64,000 nucleotides of DNA from Elusimicrobia bacterium GWC2_64_44 (lineage in GTDB: Bacteria; Elusimicrobiota; Elusimicrobia; Elusimicrobiales; UBA9959), in assembly GCA_001799845.1 (NCBI GenBank), contig MGUG01000035.1, forward strand, positions 717 to 64,716. Direction: 5' to 3'. The notes under the pieces were generated by a model, which had not been told where the DNA came from, made no database searches, and saw nothing but the letters and a program-made list of their open reading frames with translations. The stretch's first letter is position 1; the number at the start of each line of letters is the position of its first letter. A program made the position numbers and the translations under genes. This document shows positions 62,099 through 64,000 of this stretch, piece after piece.

Positions 62099-62104
62099 AG
62101 ATCT

Positions 62105-62737
62105 TTATTTTTTCGGCAGCGTCTGCAGCGCGTTGCCGGCCCAGAGCGCCGTTTTGGCGTCCTTGCCGGCCTTCAGCGCGTTCAGGGCGGCGCGCGCCCT
62201 GGCGGTACCTGTCTTGGCCAGGCTGTTGACCGCCGCCTTGCGCACCAGTTCGTCCTTGTCCTCGGCGGCGGCCTTGCGCAGCGGCTCCACGCCGTCGTCC
62301 GACTTAAGCCTGCCCAGCACCTCGGCCGACTTCAGCCGGGTATTGCGGTCGGCGTGGGACAGCAGGGCGCCCAGGGTCTTGGCCGCGCGCTTGTCGCCCA
62401 GGTCGCCCAGGGCGTCTATCAGCGGCAGGCGGGTTTCGTCGCCGGCCGCGGCCAGTGCGTCGGTAAGGGTTTTGTAGGCGGTCTTGTCGCCGGACTTGGC
62501 GAGCAGGCGGGCCGAGCGCTCGCGGACCTCGGGGTCCTTGTCGGCCATGGCCCGCTTGAGCAGTTCCGGCTTGCGCTGGTCCTGCATCCCGGACAGCTTG
62601 TTCAGGGCCTTGCGGCGCGTCTTGAAGTCGCCATCTGCCAGCTCGGCCTCGACCGAGGACAGTTCAGCCGACTGCTGGGCGGCGGCGAACACGGCGGGGA
62701 GCGCTATTAATATTACAGTAAATAGTAGTCTGTGCAT
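62105..62737 (-). CDS. periplasmic HEAT-repeat protein, translationally coupled to the giant gene
   Basis: I prefer the ATG at 62737 (MHRLLFTVILIALPAVFAAAQQ signal peptide) over the ORF-track start at 62953, which runs through an AT-rich non-coding-looking stretch. HEAT/PBS-lyase-type repeats: DPEVRERSARLLAKSGD, DETRLPLIDALGDLGD, DRNTRLKSAEVLGRL, DKDELVRKAAVNSLAKTG. The stop TAA (62105-62107) lies 6 nt before the giant-gene ATG (62098). Confidence 0.75.
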   Translation of the reverse strand: MHRLLFTVILIALPAVFAAAQQSAELSSVEAELADGDFKTRRKALNKLSGMQDQRKPELLKRAMADKDPEVRERSARLLAKSGDKTAYKTLTDALAAAGDETRLPLIDALGDLGDKRAAKTLGALLSHADRNTRLKSAEVLGRLKSDDGVEPLRKAAAEDKDELVRKAAVNSLAKTGTARARAALNALKAGKDAKTALWAGNALQTLPKK

Positions 62738-62806
62738 AGGCAAACAAAAAACGACCAGACCTTGCCCAGGCGTTTTTTTCCAGGGGCAAAGCACGGATAT
62801 TAAACC

Positions 62807-62834
62807 ATTATAATATAAATTAATTGTTTCGCAA
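62807..62834 (-). promoter_or_regulatory. possible proximal promoter (TTGCGA-16 nt-TATAAT) in an AT-rich patch
   Basis: On the minus strand the -35 is TTGCGA (62834..62829) and the -10 is TATAAT (62812..62807). The AT-rich context could produce this by chance. Confidence 0.3.
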
Positions 62835-62951
62835 ACGTTAAACGCGCGTGAACGACCGCCGGATACAATACAGCATCCTTCTCCCCTTCCGGGCAGACCG
62901 CCATAATATCCACGCGCCGTCACGGCTCTGGACATTTCGCCTCCCAGGCCC

Positions 62952-63026
62952 AAAAAAAGGGCCGTTTCTGCTCTCTTCGCCTCAACCCGGTTCTGGGCTG
63001 ATACCCCGAAGACAGCGGAAACGGCC
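62952..63026 (-). terminator. terminator-like hairpin about 50 nt downstream of aptamer B (candidate expression platform)
   Basis: On the minus-strand RNA, GGCCGUUUC (63026..63018) pairs with GAAACGGCC (62968..62960). C-U7 follows immediately (62959..62952). The enclosed loop of about 49 nt may add further pairs. Confidence 0.4.
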
Positions 63027-63073
63027 TAAATCCGTTCCGACACGCCGGCACAAAAACCGGTCGGTTCTTCATC

Positions 63074-63149
63074 TTCGGCAGCCTGACCCCCGTTCACATA
63101 ACGGGTCTTAGCTTTGCGCCGCCGGCTTTAGCCGGCTTTGCTATTATCG
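63074..63149 (-). promoter_or_regulatory. candidate c-di-GMP-I (GEMM)-like riboswitch aptamer, copy B (5' leader of the HEAT + giant-gene operon)
   Basis: Minus-strand RNA: CGAUAAUAGCAAAGCCGGCUAAAGCCGGCGGCGCAAAGCUAAGACCCGUUAUGUGAACGGGGGUCAGGCUGCCGAA. It has the same flanks as copy A. Hairpin 1 is GCCGGC-UAAA-GCCGGC and hairpin 2 is CCCGUU-AUGUG-AACGGG. Relative to copy A, both stems keep pairing through double substitutions. Confidence 0.6.
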
Positions 63150-63164
63150 GATACTTCAAAAAAC

Positions 63165-63271
63165 GTCCCGCCCTTTTGGGACACACACCGCGCTCACACT
63201 GCACCGCGTCTGTCTGCGACCGCAACCGCGACCGCACCGAACTACTCCGCACCGAGCCAAAAGGGCGGGAC
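63165..63271 (-). repeat. 15-bp inverted repeat bounding a 77-nt insert in leader B; terminator-like on the RNA
   Basis: gtcccgcccttttgg (63165-63179) is the reverse complement of ccaaaagggcgggac (63257-63271). On the minus-strand RNA the hairpin is followed by GUUUUUUG. The segment is absent from leader A, which has only 45 nt between the -10 and the aptamer. Confidence 0.6.
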
Positions 63272-63341
63272 ACCACGACCGCACTACAACCACGCTACGC
63301 AACGCCACAACCGCACCGCAACTGCACCACGCTGCAAATAT

Positions 63342-63369
63342 AGTATAGCAGATGGAGCGGGTTTGTCAA
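63342..63369 (-). promoter_or_regulatory. sigma70-type promoter B (TTGACA-16 nt-TGcTATACT)
   Basis: On the minus strand the -35 is TTGACA (63369..63364), the spacer is 16 nt, and the extended -10 is TGC-TATACT (-10 at 63347..63342). The flanking sequence is homologous to promoter A (tatagcagat....gggtttgtcaag). The upstream palindrome ttgac-ag-gtcaa is at 63381..63392. Confidence 0.65.
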
Positions 63370-63480
63370 GCCCTGCCAGCTTGACAGGTCAACACCTGGC
63401 CGCCGACGAAAACACTCGGCGGTTAACTGCCCGGACCCGCGCCGCAACGCTTGGCAGGGCGGCCGCATGGCCCAGTCAGA

Positions 63481-64000
63481 TCACTTCGTGCCGGCCTCTT
63501 TCCCGTTCGACAGCAGGATCAGTTTGGTGTTCGGGGCGCCGCTAGGCAGCACCTTTACGCCGAACACTCCCTTCGCTTTTATCCTGCGCAGGGCTTCTTC
63601 AGTATTGAGCAGTACGGCTTTACCGCCAGGCTTCAGCAGGCCCGGCAGCCTGGCCAGGAAGCCGTCCAGAACCCGGCCATCGTCTCCGTCCAGGAACGCC
63701 TTCCCCTCGTACGAAGCGGCGTCGCCCTCCAGGTAGGGCATATTGGCCAGCACATGGTCGAACCCGGAGAAACCCTCCGGCAGGGTCACGGCGGTAATAT
63801 CGCCCACTACCGAATGCAGGCGGAAGCCGGCCAGGGCGGCCAGCGCGCGGGTGTTAGCGACCGCAAGCGGATTTATGTCCAGGGCGTAAATATCCGAGCC
63901 GGAGTTCAGCCAGGCCAGCCAGGAATCCGCGCCTGAGCCGCTGCCGACCACCAGCACCTTGTCGCCTTTCTTTATGCCGCCGTCCCTGAGCACATAGTTG
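63481..64000 (-). CDS. class I SAM-dependent methyltransferase (5' end probably beyond the window)
   Basis: Motif I is VLVVGSGSGADS, followed by DIYALDINPLAV and a post-I acidic residue. The frame stays open to the window edge, and the ORF-track start at 63993 is a GTG. Confidence 0.7.
   Translation of the reverse strand, partial: NYVLRDGGIKKGDKVLVVGSGSGADSWLAWLNSGSDIYALDINPLAVANTRALAALAGFRLHSVVGDITAVTLPEGFSGFDHVLANMPYLEGDAASYEGKAFLDGDDGRVLDGFLARLPGLLKPGGKAVLLNTEEALRRIKAKGVFGVKVLPSGAPNTKLILLSNGKEAGTK

Noticed and set aside
35270-60795. Possibility that the periodic repeats are a CRISPR array or satellite DNA
   Set aside because: The periodicity is about 300-345 nt, in frame, with diverged copies and conserved protein motifs. 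There are no short identical direct repeats with unique spacers and no cas genes in the window.
62738-62953. N-terminal 72-aa extension of the HEAT-protein ORF (start at 62953)
   Set aside because: The extension crosses an AT-rich, promoter-like patch and a terminator-like hairpin. It has odd composition (MGLGGEMSRAV...CETINLYYNGLISVLC). The internal ATG at 62737 yields a textbook signal peptide.

Overview
High-GC (by eye about 65-70%) bacterial window. Nearly everything from 7.8 kb to 64 kb is on the minus strand. Its main feature is one uninterrupted 40,386-nt ORF (21713..62098, 13,461 aa). This encodes a secreted giant repeat protein: signal peptide, a long array of Ig-like repeats, two further repeat classes, calcium-loop-like motifs, FN3, and a C-terminal FlgD-Ig / T9SS-type sorting-like domain. 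A periplasmic HEAT-repeat gene sits 6 nt upstream of it. Directly downstream on the same strand are seven genes: a FadL/PorV-like outer-membrane barrel fused to TPR, a truncated-FliF::FliG(MC)::TPR fusion, a 786-aa polyproline/coiled-coil protein, flbD-motA-motB, and a lipoprotein. No rod, hook, filament or export genes are in the window. Both transcription units begin with a duplicated cassette: a palindrome, a near-consensus extended -10 sigma70 promoter, and a 76-nt two-hairpin leader. The leader shows compensatory substitutions and, from memory, matches the c-di-GMP-I (GEMM) riboswitch consensus. I read this as a candidate c-di-GMP-controlled, stator-powered system for export or movement of a giant adhesin; this is inference, not demonstrated. 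The left 10 kb holds housekeeping genes (two parvulin PPIases including a SurA-like one, pdxA, a radical SAM enzyme, ddl, mnmA). A low-GC island (10.0-12.05 kb) encodes a HEAT + Ig-like secreted protein. No tRNA, rRNA, CRISPR array or transposase was recognised. Many long antisense ORFs are GC-driven shadows.
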